A DNA stretch of 64,000 nucleotides, from positions 98,952,001 through 99,016,000 of the forward strand of contig OZ024742.1 in the NCBI GenBank assembly GCA_964016885.1, in the 5' to 3' direction. Source of the stretch: Eledone cirrhosa (lineage: Eukaryota). The first letter of the stretch is position 1, and the number at the start of each line of letters is the position of its first letter. Of the stretch, positions 12,213 to 24,725 are shown one piece after another. Position numbers and translations under genes: made by a program. The notes under the pieces are model-generated. The model was not told where the DNA came from. It saw only the letters and a program-made list of their open reading frames with translations, and made no database searches.

Positions 12213-13279
12213 ATTATTATTAAAACAACAACAGAAGGCCAGACTGGAAAATTTAGTTTAGAGTGTCATTTCTGGAAGCCATCGATATAAAACAAATCGC
12301 CCGAAATCGAAAAGATCCTCTATTTTCCTTTTTCTGTCTTCTATATTCTATTCACTGTTTGGGTTCAACGCAATCCTATTATATAATTCCACAAATAAAC
12401 TTGATGAAATCGTCTAGTCTTGCATCATAATCGTATGATTTATATAGTTGAAAACATAGGTTTTAGTTAAAAAGTGAATGTGAAAAATGTACAGAAGTAT
12501 ATTTAAAGCTTATTTTTTCTTTAATCCGACAGAATGAATAATTTTATAATTGCTTTATAACCGGTTTCGAATGGCATAACAATTTTATCTAACATTAGAT
12601 ATTAAATATTATATGTTATGAAAAACGTTTCTTCGTGTATTCTGTGAGTATTTCGAATATATGTAAGATTTCTCTCAAAATTTCTTCTTCTTTATATCTT
12701 TTTTTGAAGATGTGTTGGTGAAGGTAGAGGTGGGGGTCAACAAGCAAGAAATTCCTTTGAATTCACTTGTTTAAAAATATAAATTATTCTTACTATTCAT
12801 GCTAATGGCCAGATGGCCATTAGTTTGAAAACATGAGACAAATCCCCTTAAGGAGCCAGATCGCAAGATGTGCAGGATTAGATATACCGAACTTCTAAAC
12901 TTTCCCTCTCTACAAATGCTCAGACTCGTTCACAAAAACAATTCAGAATAAATAGAGAAAATTAATACATTAACAAATACAAAACATAAATCAATATGCA
13001 ATTATTCCCCATTAGACAATAAATAGTGATCTATGGATGGGAATAACCAATTCACACACACCGATATGCAAACACCTGCAACCTCACACACACATCACAA
13101 AATAAAAGAAAAAAATAATTTCTCCAATGAGACCTCAACTAAAGACATTTTTTCCTGCCCTTTCTCTCTTTTTTCCTTCATTCCTCTCTCTTTCTGTATC
13201 TATTTTAATTTCCATTATTCATTAATTTATTGTTATTTTATATATTGTAATTAATACTATTATCATCATTATTATTATT

Positions 13280-14130
13280 GGCGCTGTCAGAGTGTGAGAC
13301 GTGCTATTCTGAGCACCGATGAATTAAATTATTTAAATTTTATTTCGTTGTGATTTTTGGAGGAAGTTGGGGTGGTTATAACGGTAGCGGATTTAAGTCC
13401 CTACGTCGAGGCCTACCATACCACGTCTGTCGACGGCCCATGCTGCGTGCTGCGAAAGGCCAGTAACTTCAGACGAGATTCGAGATGACTTAGTCGGCTG
13501 CACGAGACGTAAGTCATCCGATTTGGATGGTCTGCCCTACGAGCTAAAATATGCCAGACTCGAAACGCTCTACTACAACTGGCAGCAGAACGGGAGTTTC
13601 CCCAGTTCTGTGAGCCGAGAGTAGAGACGCTGATAAGAAAAGACGAGAACAAGAAGGATACGTTAGATAGATTTCGATAGGATCGACCATGGATACCAGG
13701 AGGCTGTCCTCAAAGGAGCTGGCTTCGGCTCTGTCTTCAGAGGCTGGATCACTGCAATGCACTGGTGAAGGTGCACAATAGAAGGTGAAGGTAGGGAGAT
13801 AAGTGCCCCCTAGTGCATTGCTGAAAGGAGGGGGAATGTGCCGAGAATGGCCCGTGTGACGGCGTACTCAGATCATGCCCCTGTAGGTTTGTGTATTTGA
13901 GAAGGAGAGAGGGGCCTTCCAGGGTGCCCTCGAAGCGTCGGGTGGTTCAGGATTGGTACATGAGTCAACCCTGGGTGCTTATCTCCCCTATTGGGGAATT
14001 TTCATAGTTGTATTTTTCTTGTTTATTGTTATTATTTTTATATTTTTACTCAATTTGTTTGTAAATCCCGACTGTTCCTGTCTATTGTATTATCCCTTAT
14101 ACGTCGGCCCTTCTGGCCAATAAATGAAAC

Positions 14131-14161
<31 letters not shown>
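13280..14161 (+). mobile_element. Heavily internally deleted Tx1/L1-family relic with 3'UTR and (ATT)n tail
   Basis: Patches homologous to ORF2 (CTACAACTGGCAGCAGAACGGGAG, GACGCTGATAAGAAAAGACGAGAACAAG, TTCGATAGGATCGACCAT) and the 3'UTR ending GGCCAATAAATGAAACC(ATT)n. Confidence 0.85.
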
Positions 14162-14367
14162 GGTCTAAGCGGACGTATTTTGCTCGTTCACAGTAAGTCG
14201 CTTTATTTGCCTGTTTAAATTATTTGTTGTTAAATATTTCTTGATGTGTAAGGGATATAAGCCCTTAGACTTTGCCCCGAGAAGGGGAAAGTATAACATT
14301 TGGGCCTTTTGGCTCAAATATTTGAACTTTATTTTACATGTTAAAAAATTTACGAAGAAAAAAAAAC

Positions 14368-16095
14368 ATGGCTGAGCCACGCCCCCAAGCGATATGTCGG
14401 CTGTCGTGCGACAACGACGTAGAAGTTGAGAGGAGCGCTACAGCGAAATTAACACACATTGATAATACAAACACCACCACAAACAAGGTAAACAAAGACA
14501 CCAATGATACCAATAAGAACTCTAATTTTGAAAAAAATGACAGTAACAGCGACAACGAAAATACAGATAACAAAAAAAAACAAAACAAATACAACAACAA
14601 TATCAACACCACTAACATGAAAACAAATAGCAACAACACTAACAGCAACAATACCAACTGCACTGAGAACAACGGTGGCAACAAAGACAACAATGATAAC
14701 AGCGACAGTGCTAACAACAACACCGACAAGAACAACGTCAACAACACCTCCAACGAAAACAAGACCACTTTCGCTGCGGCAGCAGCAAACAAGAGGCCAT
14801 GCTTCAACATGGACCTCTCAAACAAAGATGAAAAGTTGGCCCAGGCATGGAAGCTCTTCAAGCAAGAGCAAACTTGGGCCAACTTAACTGTCCCAGTAGA
14901 AGCTATTGAGGCAGTGGAACGCAAAACGGTGCATTATAGATGCATCTCAGCACAAACCAAAAGGGCAGCTTTAATCCCACAAGAAGATGTCGAAGTCGCG
15001 CTGAGGTGCATCAGAGAAGACACCCAGTACATAGAGAGGGGCAGACTGTACGGCACCATTTCGGTGATGTTCAAGTCAGAAGCCCTCGCTATGAAACACG
15101 CTATGACTCCTTGCACAACCAGCAAGGTCATAATGTACCCCTCCCACATGGGAAAAAGAACGGCCCGTCTCCGCATTCCCAGAATCCCACCAGGACTTGA
15201 CATGTGGTGGCTTCGGGGATGTGTGATTGTGGAGGGGACGAATAGAGTCCCTATAGAAGTGACCAGAACGGCCAGAGAGGACTGGTCCGGGGTTGACCTG
15301 GAGATCCTTCTCCAGATCAGGCCCGAGAATGTGAAGACAATCCCAGACCACATCCGCTTTGAGAATGGGACGGTCATTCACATTATGACCGAAGGCAAAA
15401 GGTCGCAGTGTTTTGTTTGTGGAGAAAAACCCATTTGCGAGCCTTCTGCCCTCAACTGCTGAAAGAGGCAAGGGGTCGAAAGGATCCACTGCTGTCGACG
15501 CCAGGACCACAACCAACACCAGCACCGGCAAAACCACCAACAACAACACCAATAGAAAGACCACCACCAACATTGACCACCCAGGGGGGAAACGAGGAAA
15601 GCTGTCAAATTCCCCCTCCCCCCCAAGAAAAATACACACAACAATAAAACCATAAACATACATACAGACACACTTACAGACACAGACCCCTCATCTATCA
15701 GTAGTGAAAATGAGGGAAATCCAAAATCCCCCAAAATACAAAAAAGGAAACACAAAAAGAAAAAAAAACTCAACAAAGCACAAAAGCACCTACAATAAAA
15801 AGACGCAGACACCACCCACGCATACATCTCTCCAATAACACCACCATCAACACCACCATCACCATCACCAGAATCCCCCAAACGCAAACAAACGAAACAG
15901 ACGCAAGAACAAATATACACACAAACATCTGAAACCACAGACACCGCACTCACAAAAAACACAGATACAACCGAAACAACACAACCAAAACCATCACCAC
16001 CACAGCCACGCAAACATATAAAATCACACCAACAAAACATACAAAACTTCGTGCTCGAACAACCCGACCTTCACAAGAGCTCGGAAGGTAAGTAA
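14368..16095 (+). pseudogene. LINE ORF1 pseudogene (Asn-rich N-terminus, frameshift in the zinc knuckle)
   Basis: MAEPRPQ...EKLAQAWK...IPRIPPGLDMWWL matches intact ORF1; frame breaks at CFVCGEK. Confidence 0.85.
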
Positions 16096-16126
16096 ACCTT
16101 CCTCTCTCTCTGTTTAACATGCCAAC

Positions 16127-19100
16127 ATGGCGGTATTAAGAGTAGGATGTTTAAATGTTCGAGGCCTGGGATCGTCCTGGAAGCAGGGTCACCTGCTCAA
16201 CGACCTCAGGTCTATAGAAATGGATGTAATTGCAGTCAGCGAGACCAGGATTTCCGACACGCGCGCACTAGCCCCCATTTTCGAAGACTATCAGATCTTT
16301 GCATCTGTTAGCCGGCCGGGAATGGGAGTGGAAGTGCTGTTTAGGAAAGGCCTGGATCTCGAGGTAAGGTCGATCTTCCGGGACCCGGACGGGAAGTTGG
16401 TGGTCCTGGACATGAACAATAATGAAGGTGGTGCCTTTAGACTGGTGGCCGTCTATGCTCCTACTGGGGCAGGACGGCCGGACTTCTTTAGACGCCTGGA
16501 AGCCTTTCTGGGTACGTCTCGCCCTTTACTGTTAGCGGGGGACTGGAACGGCATCTTAGACGCACGCTGGGACTGTGTAGGAGTATCCGATAGGAGCGGG
16601 GGGTGCAAAAGCCTCAAGAACCTGATCAGCCAGTTCGAACTGTCTGACAGGTACCGACTAGATTACCCTAATGCGCCAGTGTGGACCTGGGCTAACCGCA
16701 TAGGGTCATCTAGATCGTATATAGACAGGATCTTCATTAGGAAAATAGACAGAAATAGTGTAAGCTGTTCACGTTTTGAAACGGTCGCCTATTCAGATCA
16801 CAAGTGTGTGATCTGTATGGTCGACCTAGATAAGACGCGTAGCTAAGGACCTGGTTACTGGAAGCTAATCATGTCATTTCCGACACGTAAGTCTTACAGG
16901 GACCAGGTTAACAATTTAATTAAGAAAAAGTTGACAGGGGGAATCGTCAACAATAGATGGGTGGGGGGGGGGCTCTCAAAAGAGCGATTAGAGTAATGTC
17001 GATAGAGTTTAGCAAAGAAGTAGCTTTAGAGAAAAATAGAAAGGAGGGGGTGTTGGTAGATAAGTTAGACGAGGCTATTGGCAGTGGCATTGCAACTGAT
17101 GTGCTAGCGGCGAGAATGGCATTAGACCATTTCTTCAATGCTAAATACGAAGGTTGCATTGTCACAGCTAAGACGCGTGCTGTGAGAAACGAGGGAACCA
17201 AAGCTGTTCGATGGGCGCGCGTGGCAGAGGCGCAGCGTGGTAATAAAACCACGATTCGATCATTTAAGCGACCGAGACAGGCACGAGGTAAGCAATTCCA
17301 AGAGGATGTGTGAGGCCTTTCGCCAACATTTTGCTCGCTTGGTCGGGGGAAGTGGCGGGTCAGAGATGGTGGCGGACTTCAGTCCCTACCTCGATGGCTT
17401 GCCGCAACTCTCGACGGCTGACGCTAGGCGCTGCGAAAGGCCAATTACTTCAGCCGAGATTCAGGATGCCCTTGTCGGCTGCATGAGGCGCAAGTCACCC
17501 GGTTTGGATGTTTTGCCCTACGAACTTTACGTAAATATGCCAGACTTGTTCTCCAATCTCCTCGAAGCCCTCTACTGCAACTGGCAGCAAAACGGGAGTA
17601 TTCCCAGTTCTGTGAGCCGGGGCGTAGTCACGCTGATAAGGAAAGACGAGAACAAGAGGGAGACATTAGACAATTTCAGGCCCATAACCCTGCTCAACAC
17701 AGAGTTTAAGATTTTGGCCAGGGTGTTAGCGAAGAGGTTGGCGCTTGTCGTCGGGGATTTGGTTGGGGAGGCGCAAACTTGCGCAATCCCAACCAGTTCC
17801 ATACACGACAACCTCCACCTAATGCGATACATCATAGAGAGGGTAGGGTGTAAACCTGGCTTCGGTGGGGCTCTGATCAATTTAGATCAATCGAAAGCAT
17901 TCGATAGGGTCGACCATCGGTACCTGGAGGCTGTCCTCAAGGCGGCTGGCTTCGGCCCCGTCTTCAGAAGCTGGATCGCTGCAATGCACAGCGGCATCTG
18001 CTCGATGGTCACAATTAATGGCCACCTCTCGGAACCGTTTCAGGTCTCCCCATCGGTCCGCCAAGGGTGCCCTCTCTCCTCCCTTCTGTACGTATTGACT
18101 CTCGAGCCTTTACTGCGGAAGCTGGAGCTGTTGCAGGGCGTCCCGCTCGAACCGGGACGCGGAAAGGCTGTGTCGGACGACATCACCGTGATGGTGTCGG
18201 ACACCTCAGAAATTGAGGTCGTCGGCAATTTATTGGAGGAATATGAAAGATTGACGGGAGCAAAACTTAACCCGGAAAAGTCAGTGGGCTTGCAACTCGG
18301 CACCTGGAGAGGCAAGTCCATGCCGTCCAACAGCGTCGTTAGTCGCTGGACGGACGGACCGGTAAAGTTGCTAGGGGTTTGGTTCGGGCCAGACCTCCAG
18401 GTAGATAAGAATTGGGACGAGGTGACGGGCAGGGTAGTCAGTCTCACCCTGAAATGGGCTGGGATGAAGCTATTACTGAAAGGTCGGGCGGAGGTGGCGA
18501 ACGCGTACATCGCGTCCGTCATCTACTACCGTCTGAACGTCGTCCCTTGCCTCCGTACGCGCCTCGCCATCTTGGAGCGGCTCCTCTTCAAATTCTTCTG
18601 GAGGGGTCAGGTTCCGCTGATTAGGCGGTCCATCTGCTGCCAGCACCCTCTACGTGGAGGGCTGGGCATGCCGTGGCTAATGATGCGCAGGCATGCGCTG
18701 AGGCTGCGGCATCTCCAGATATTCTGCCTAAAGGGTGAACAGGTGTGATTGCCGTTTGTCAGACGGGCCTTTCCGCAGCTCGTTTCTTTGACTGAGTTGC
18801 AGTCTTGCGTCAAGAAGAGACCGAGACTGGGTGACTGCCATCTGGAATGTTGCCAGGCACTTACTGCCTTCTACCAGGCGGGCAATGAGGTCAGTGGAAC
18901 TTCCACTCTCGAGTTCTATAGAGGATTAGTGGTGGGCAAGTGCGACGACGCACTCGGAGAGGCTCTGGGAGTCAACGAAGTCGAACTAACCAGTCTGTAC
19001 CGGGGGACTTTTGAGCCGGGGACGATGGATAATTTCCAAACATCCCTCGCTTGGTAGTGCTACCGGGGGGGGAGGGCACTGCCGGTTCGAGATAAACTCT

Positions 19101-19546
19101 ACAGGCACGGAAGTGCTGTCAGACGGACCTACCCGAGATGCTCGCAGAACGACGAAACCGTTATGCACGCACTCGTCCAGTGTCTGTGCATTACTGACTT
19201 GTGGAGTTATGTTGAACAGCTGTTGTCGCGTGTAGAACGGATCCGGCTATCGGCCGAGTCCATAGTGAAGATCGACACGCCGCCTTCTTTTGGCCAGGAA
19301 GGGTAGGCAATCTTCCTCTGTCTGGTGGCAGTAACGAAAGAGGTTGTATGGTGGACGAGGTTGAAAGGACTGAAGACGGACACTTTTCTCTTCGGCCAAT
19401 CGCTCATCAACTTTTTCAAGTACCACTTGGAAAAAAAGGTGAGGGTGGAGAGAGAAGTGATGCCCCCCAATACAGTTGCTGAAAGGTGGGTGAATGTGGC
19501 GAGAATGGCCCGTGTGAGTGGGCCTACTCTGGTCATGCGGCTGTAG
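16127..19546 (+). pseudogene. LINE ORF2 pseudogene (APE endonuclease, RT, CCHC)
   Basis: Fragments 16127..16846, 16957..17313, 17237..18748, 18749..19057 and 19325..19546 are colinear with ORF2 24726..28145. Confidence 0.9.
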
Positions 19547-19848
19547 GTAGGTAAATTTGAAGAGGAGAGGGGTGCCCTTCCAGGGTGTTCTCGAAGCGTC
19601 GGGTCGTTCAGGATTGGTGGGGTACCTGAGCGAACCCTAAGTGGTCATCCCCCCCCTATTGAGGAATTTTTTCTTGTTGTAATTTTCTTGTTACTTTATT
19701 GTTACTTAGTTATTGTTACTTTGTTATTGTTATTCATATTGTTTACTCGATTTTTATGTAAAACCCCACTGTCCCAGTCTTTTGTATTGTCCCCTATATG
19801 TCGGCCCTTGTGGCCAATAAATGAAATCATTATTATTATTATTATTAA

Positions 19849-20070
19849 AGGGCGGTGGATTGGCAGTATAGGTAGAGAGTCGGACGCCATGCTTTTCAGC
19901 ATAGTTACGTCCCTTTACGATTTGAGTTCAAATCCCGCCGAGGTTTAATTTGCCTTTCATCCTTACGGGGTCGATAAAATATAGTACCAGTAATGTACTG
20001 CATAATTGCTGGCCTTGTGCCAAATGTAGAAACAATTATTATTATTATTATTATTGTTGTTATTATTATT
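19849..20070 (+). mobile_element. tRNA-derived Nin-like SINE inserted at the LINE (ATT)n tail
   Basis: GGGCGGTGGATTGGCAG...GAGTTCAAATCCCGCCGAGG...TTTCATCCTTACGGGGTCGATAAAAT...GGCCTTGTGCCAAATGTAGAAACA(ATT)n. Confidence 0.8.
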
Positions 20071-21116
20071 AAATACATTTTTCTTGTCTTTGTTCTTCCT
20101 AAAGTGGAAATGTTTATTCCTATAATTTACTACAGTGTCATTTATTTTATGGCGTTGCTGTCGAATTGTAGTCGCATTTTTTGTTGTTTTATTGTTGTTG
20201 TTGGAGATGTGGTTATTGTAGATTTTGTAGTTGTTCTATTGTGATTGTTTTCATGTCTGGAAAGCCAGACTGTCAGTAGCAATTTGTTTGTAATGTGCCT
20301 TTTTAGCATATTACTTGGGTGTTCCGAATTGATTGTTCTTGCAACATTTAGCAAGTCTATTTAAGGAGAAATTGTTGTCAGAGATAGAGATAACCACTTT
20401 GTAAACAAAGAGAACTTGACATCTAGCAAGACTGTGCTAAACATTAAGCACTTAAAGACTTTAAAACATTTCCATAGCGTACTATCCTGTTCTCTTTCTA
20501 TGAGATGGGGTGGGTTATGTAATAGACAATATATAGCGACTTTAGCGATGCCTCCTGCGTAAAAAAAATATAAGTGGTTGCTAACCGTTTTAATTAATTT
20601 TAATTAAGTTGTCTTTTCTATCTATCTTGACTAGAATTAAATAATTAAGCTAATGTTTTTTTCTCTTCACTACAAGTGTAATTTTAATTAAATATTTCAC
20701 TCACTACATTAGCACCAACTTCACATTGTGATAACATTAATTACGTGTTATTCAGAATATAGGTGTATGTTAACCCATTTACAATATATTTACGCATTCT
20801 AAATTAGACACAAGGTCAACAATTTGCAGAGAGAGGAAAATTGATCAATCGACGCAATATTTAACTGGTACATTATTTTGTTGTCCGGAGAAGGATAGAA
20901 TGAAAGTTGATCGCGGGTCATTTGAATTCAGAATATGAAGAATCAGAAATAATTATTCGAGGAGTTTTTCTGGCGTTATAATAATCCTGCCCAAATAATA
21001 TATTTATGTTTACGTATAATATATATACATTTCATCTTATACCGTGAGTATTTTAAACTGTGATCTCATCACTAGAGTTCATCAGCTCGCACATCCAGAT
21101 ACTGATATATACAACA

Positions 21117-21303
21117 TAATTGTTTCTACTTTAGGCATAAGGCCAGCAATTACCCAGTGCATTACTGGTACTTTATTTTATCGACCCCGTAAGGATGAAA
21201 GGCAAAGTAAACCTCGGCGGGATTTGAACTCAGACCGTAAAGGGACGTAACTATGCTGGAAAGCATGGCCTCCGTCTCTCTACCGATACTGCCAATCCAC
21301 CGT
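21117..21303 (-). mobile_element. tRNA-derived Nin-like SINE
   Basis: Reverse complement of the 19849 family (TTTTATCGACCCCGTAAGGATGAAAGGCAAAG...GGATTTGAACTCAG...CTGCCAATCCACCG). Confidence 0.8.
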
Positions 21304-21525
21304 CTATTTATTTATATCGTAAACAGTCTATTCATAGTGAAAACTTAATTACATATAGTAGTAGTAGTAGTTCTTGTTGTTGTGATGATGGTATGAGCAG
21401 CCGCAGATTTATTGTAATATCCGTTCATCCACACCAACATATTTGAGTCTCAAAGAACAATAGTAGTTGTATCTGTAGTCAGAAATGGTCTTTCTTTGAT
21501 TTTTCAGACATAAGCCAACTTATAG

Positions 21526-21675
21526 TAATTGTTTCTACATTTAGCACAAGACCAGCTTTGTTTTATCGACCCCGTAAGGATGAAAGGCAAAGTTAACCTC
21601 GGCTGGATTTGAACTCAGTTTGTAAAGGAAAGTAACTCTTTGCTGGAAAGCAAGGCGTCCGACCCTCTGCCAATC
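21526..21675 (-). mobile_element. tRNA-derived Nin-like SINE, internally deleted
   Basis: TTTTATCGACCCCGTAAGGATGAAAGGCAAAGTTAACCTCGGCTGGATTTGAACTCAG. Confidence 0.75.
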
Positions 21676-21744
21676 AAAAATGCTTGCTATTAGTGGATAA
21701 CTATATATTGATGCATATGTGCATATTGGCAGATGTTCGTGATA

Positions 21745-22380
21745 GTAATTCCATACACTCTTACCAAAGACACTATATTGGTGTATGTGTGTCGTGATAT
21801 ATACGCGAAGCAGTATATATAATATGTCTATAATAACCCATGTTCGTGTGTGAGGTACTATAATCTTGCCAAGACAATGTTATATTAGTATAAGTATGAG
21901 TGTATTGTCATATTGCCGTGTTCTCTGTATAAAAGTTTACCAGGACATTTATTATTATAATTTATATTGCAGTGTATAATTATCAATTTTAGAGTAGTTC
22001 ATGTTTGTATATTCTTACTAGGACAATTGTGTATATTGCTGTAGGTGTATATATGGTATGTATCTGTGCTTATGTGTGTATACATTCTTAATAACACAAT
22101 TCTACATATGGGTTTATGTGTACAATTTTACCAAGACAATTATTAACATTATATATATATATTGGTGTACGTTTGTGTTGGCGAATGTACACCAATATAT
22201 GTTACTGCAAATTCTCATTACGCGTGTTACTGCAAATTCTCATCAAGACAATGATATATTGGTGTATATGTTGGTGTTTTGTGAATACATTCTCTCCAAA
22301 ACAACTATATCGGTAGTTTTGCGTGTGCTGTATAAATTCTTATCAAGTCAGTTATATATAAGTCTATATTTTGGAAAGTG
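21745..22380. repeat. Degenerate minisatellite with core TCTTACCAAGACAAT(GA)TATATTGG
   Basis: About nine irregularly spaced variants of the core; similar units recur at 36170-36510 and ~38115. Confidence 0.55.
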
Positions 22381-22439
22381 TTTGTGTATAAATTGATGAA
22401 TAAATAATAATGAGAAAAAGAAATCATGATAATTATTTT

Positions 22440-22573
22440 CATTGCGTTTCATCCATACGGTGTTGGTAAAATAAAGCTCCAATAATGACGAGGTGTGGAT
22501 TTAATCGACGCTCCACTCCCCCAAAATTGCTGACATTGTGCCTAAATCAGTAACCATTATTATTATCATTATT
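22440..22573 (+). mobile_element. 3' part of an old Nin-like SINE whose tail is the LINE insertion site
   Basis: TTTCATCCATACGGTGTTGGTAAAATAAAG...GATTTAATCGAC...AAAATTGCTGACATTGTGCCTAAA...AACCATTATTATTATCATTATT. Confidence 0.7.
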
Positions 22574-22785
22574 GACGAAAGTGGATGTACGTTTTTTGAA
22601 GCTCCGTGAGTAAGCAATTTTTTGAGGATTAATTGTAGAGAATTGTTTATTTTTTGTACCGCTGAAGCATTATAAGACATTAATTTGTATCCTGTGAAGG
22701 AATAACTCATAATATTTGGGCCTTTTGGCCCAAATATTTGAACTTTATTTTGAAAAAAAATAATAATTTTTTTTCTCAAAAAAAC

Positions 22786-24696
22786 ATGGCGGAGCCACGC
22801 CCCCTAGAGGCGGGTCTGCTGTCGTGCAACGGTGACTTGAGCGTTGAGAGGAGAGGTGAGGCGAGGAGTGCCACCAGCACGAACGTGAGCAGCGACAGTG
22901 CCAGCACCAACGGGCCGAGCGGCGCGGAAGGTGGTAACAGCGACAACACCAACACCAACAAGCCGAACAGCGCAGAAGGTGGTAATAGCGAGAGCACCAA
23001 CAAAACGAACAGCACAGAGAGTAATAGTAGCGACAGCAGCAGCACCAACAAGGCCAACAGCACAGAAGGTAACCACGACACAGGGGAGAACAACAACAGC
23101 AATAGCAGCAGCAACACCAACAAGAACAACAACAGTGACAACACCAACAAGAACACTTTCGCTGCTGTGGCAGCGGCTAAAAGGAGACCATGCTACAGCA
23201 TCGACTTAACCAACAGAGAGGAAAAGTTGGCCCAGGCCTGGAAAATCATAAATCAAGAGCAGACCTGGGCAAACTTAACTGTCCCGGCAGAAGCCATTGA
23301 GGCAGTGGAAAAAAGAACGGTGCATTTCAGATGCATCTCAGTAGAGACAAAGAGGGCAGCGATAATCGCCCAAGCTGACATAGAAGCCGCACTGAAATAC
23401 ATCAGAGAGGACACAGACTTCATAGAGAGGGGCAGGCAATACGGCACCGTTTCGGTGCTGTTCAAGTCTGAAGCCCTCGCTGTGAAGCATTCAATGACCC
23501 CTTGCAAAACCAGCAAGGTCATAATGTACCCCTCCCACATGGGAAAACGAATAGCACGTGTGCGCATTCCCAGGATTCCACCAGGACTTGATATGTGGTG
23601 GCTCCTGGGTTGCGTAATCGTGGAAGGAACGGATACAGTCCCGGTAGAGGCAACGAGAACTGCCAGGGACGACTGGTCCGGGGTTGATCTGGAGATACTG
23701 CTCCAAATCAGACCCGAAAACGTAAAAACAATCCCGGACCACATCCGCCTCCAAAACGGGAGGGTGTTGCATATAATGACTGAGGGCAAAAGGCCGCATT
23801 GTTTCCTTTGTGGGGAAACGACACACTTGCGAGCCTTCTGCCCTCAACTGCCGAAAAGCGCAAGGGGTCGAAAGATTCCACTGCTGGCGACGCCGGGACA
23901 AGGACCACCAGCAACACCGTCAACAATGGAACCACCAAAATTGCACACCCAGGGGGGAAACGAGGAAAGCTCTCCCATTCCCCCTCCCCCCCAAAATACA
24001 CACACGAACAAGAACATAAACACTCACTCAGACACAAACACGCTCACAGCCACAGACCCCTCATCCTCCAGCAGTGAAGATGAGGGAAAACCAAAGTCCC
24101 CCAAAATACAAAAAACAAAACACAAAAAAAAAAGAAATCCACAAAGCACAAACACCCCCACAAAAGAAAATACACACACCACCCACACAAACATTTTCCC
24201 CACAGCATCACCAACACAACCACCAAAATCCCCCAAACGCAAACAAGCTAGACAGACACAAGAACAAATAGACACACAAACATCAGAAACTACAGACACC
24301 CCACCCACAACAAACGCAGACACAATAGAAACAACACTAACAAAGCTATCACCACCACAATCACACGAACAAATAAAACCCGAGCAACAAAACATTAAAA
24401 ACTTCGTGCTTGCCAGAAGGGCCAACAAGGAATTGATGGCCCATGTAGCACGAAGCACAAACATCGAAAAAGACGGGGAAACATTTGAAGCGAGCACATT
24501 TCGCGTACCAGATAATTTGCTTCTGATGCGAATGTCGCTCGCTTCATACAAAGAAATTCGAAAGAGCTTTCCTCGGGATGTGGGAACCCCGAACGTAAAA
24601 CCCACGTCAAGACTATTAAAGGGGTTCCCAAAAGAAACCCCACAAACCATGGAGGTCGAACCACCCGACCTTCACAAGACCCCGGAAGGTAAGTAA
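22786..24696 (+). CDS. LINE ORF1 protein (gag-like nucleic-acid chaperone with a CX2CX4HX4C zinc knuckle)
   Basis: ATG at 22786 (MAEPRP, conserved in other copies); CFLCGETTHLRAFC knuckle; low-complexity N/S- and T/P-rich regions. Confidence 0.88.
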   Translation: MAEPRPLEAGLLSCNGDLSVERRGEARSATSTNVSSDSASTNGPSGAEGGNSDNTNTNKPNSAEGGNSESTNKTNSTESNSSDSSSTNKANSTEGNHDTGENNNSNSSSNTNKNNNSDNTNKNTFAAVAAAKRRPCYSIDLTNREEKLAQAWKIINQEQTWANLTVPAEAIEAVEKRTVHFRCISVETKRAAIIAQADIEAALKYIREDTDFIERGRQYGTVSVLFKSEALAVKHSMTPCKTSKVIMYPSHMGKRIARVRIPRIPPGLDMWWLLGCVIVEGTDTVPVEATRTARDDWSGVDLEILLQIRPENVKTIPDHIRLQNGRVLHIMTEGKRPHCFLCGETTHLRAFCPQLPKSARGRKIPLLATPGQGPPATPSTMEPPKLHTQGGNEESSPIPPPPQNTHTNKNINTHSDTNTLTATDPSSSSSEDEGKPKSPKIQKTKHKKKRNPQSTNTPTKENTHTTHTNIFPTASPTQPPKSPKRKQARQTQEQIDTQTSETTDTPPTTNADTIETTLTKLSPPQSHEQIKPEQQNIKNFVLARRANKELMAHVARSTNIEKDGETFEASTFRVPDNLLLMRMSLASYKEIRKSFPRDVGTPNVKPTSRLLKGFPKETPQTMEVEPPDLHKTPEGK

Positions 24697-24725
24697 ACCT
24701 TTCCTCTCCCATTCATCCTGCCAGC

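Larger units (their letters stand above)
14162..19846 (+). mobile_element. Full-length degenerate Tx1/L1-clade LINE (second subfamily)
   Basis: 5'UTR, ORF1 and ORF2 homologous to 22574-28416 but with frameshifts and stops; the AYADD region is partly deleted (KAVSDDIT); (ATT)n tail. Confidence 0.92.
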
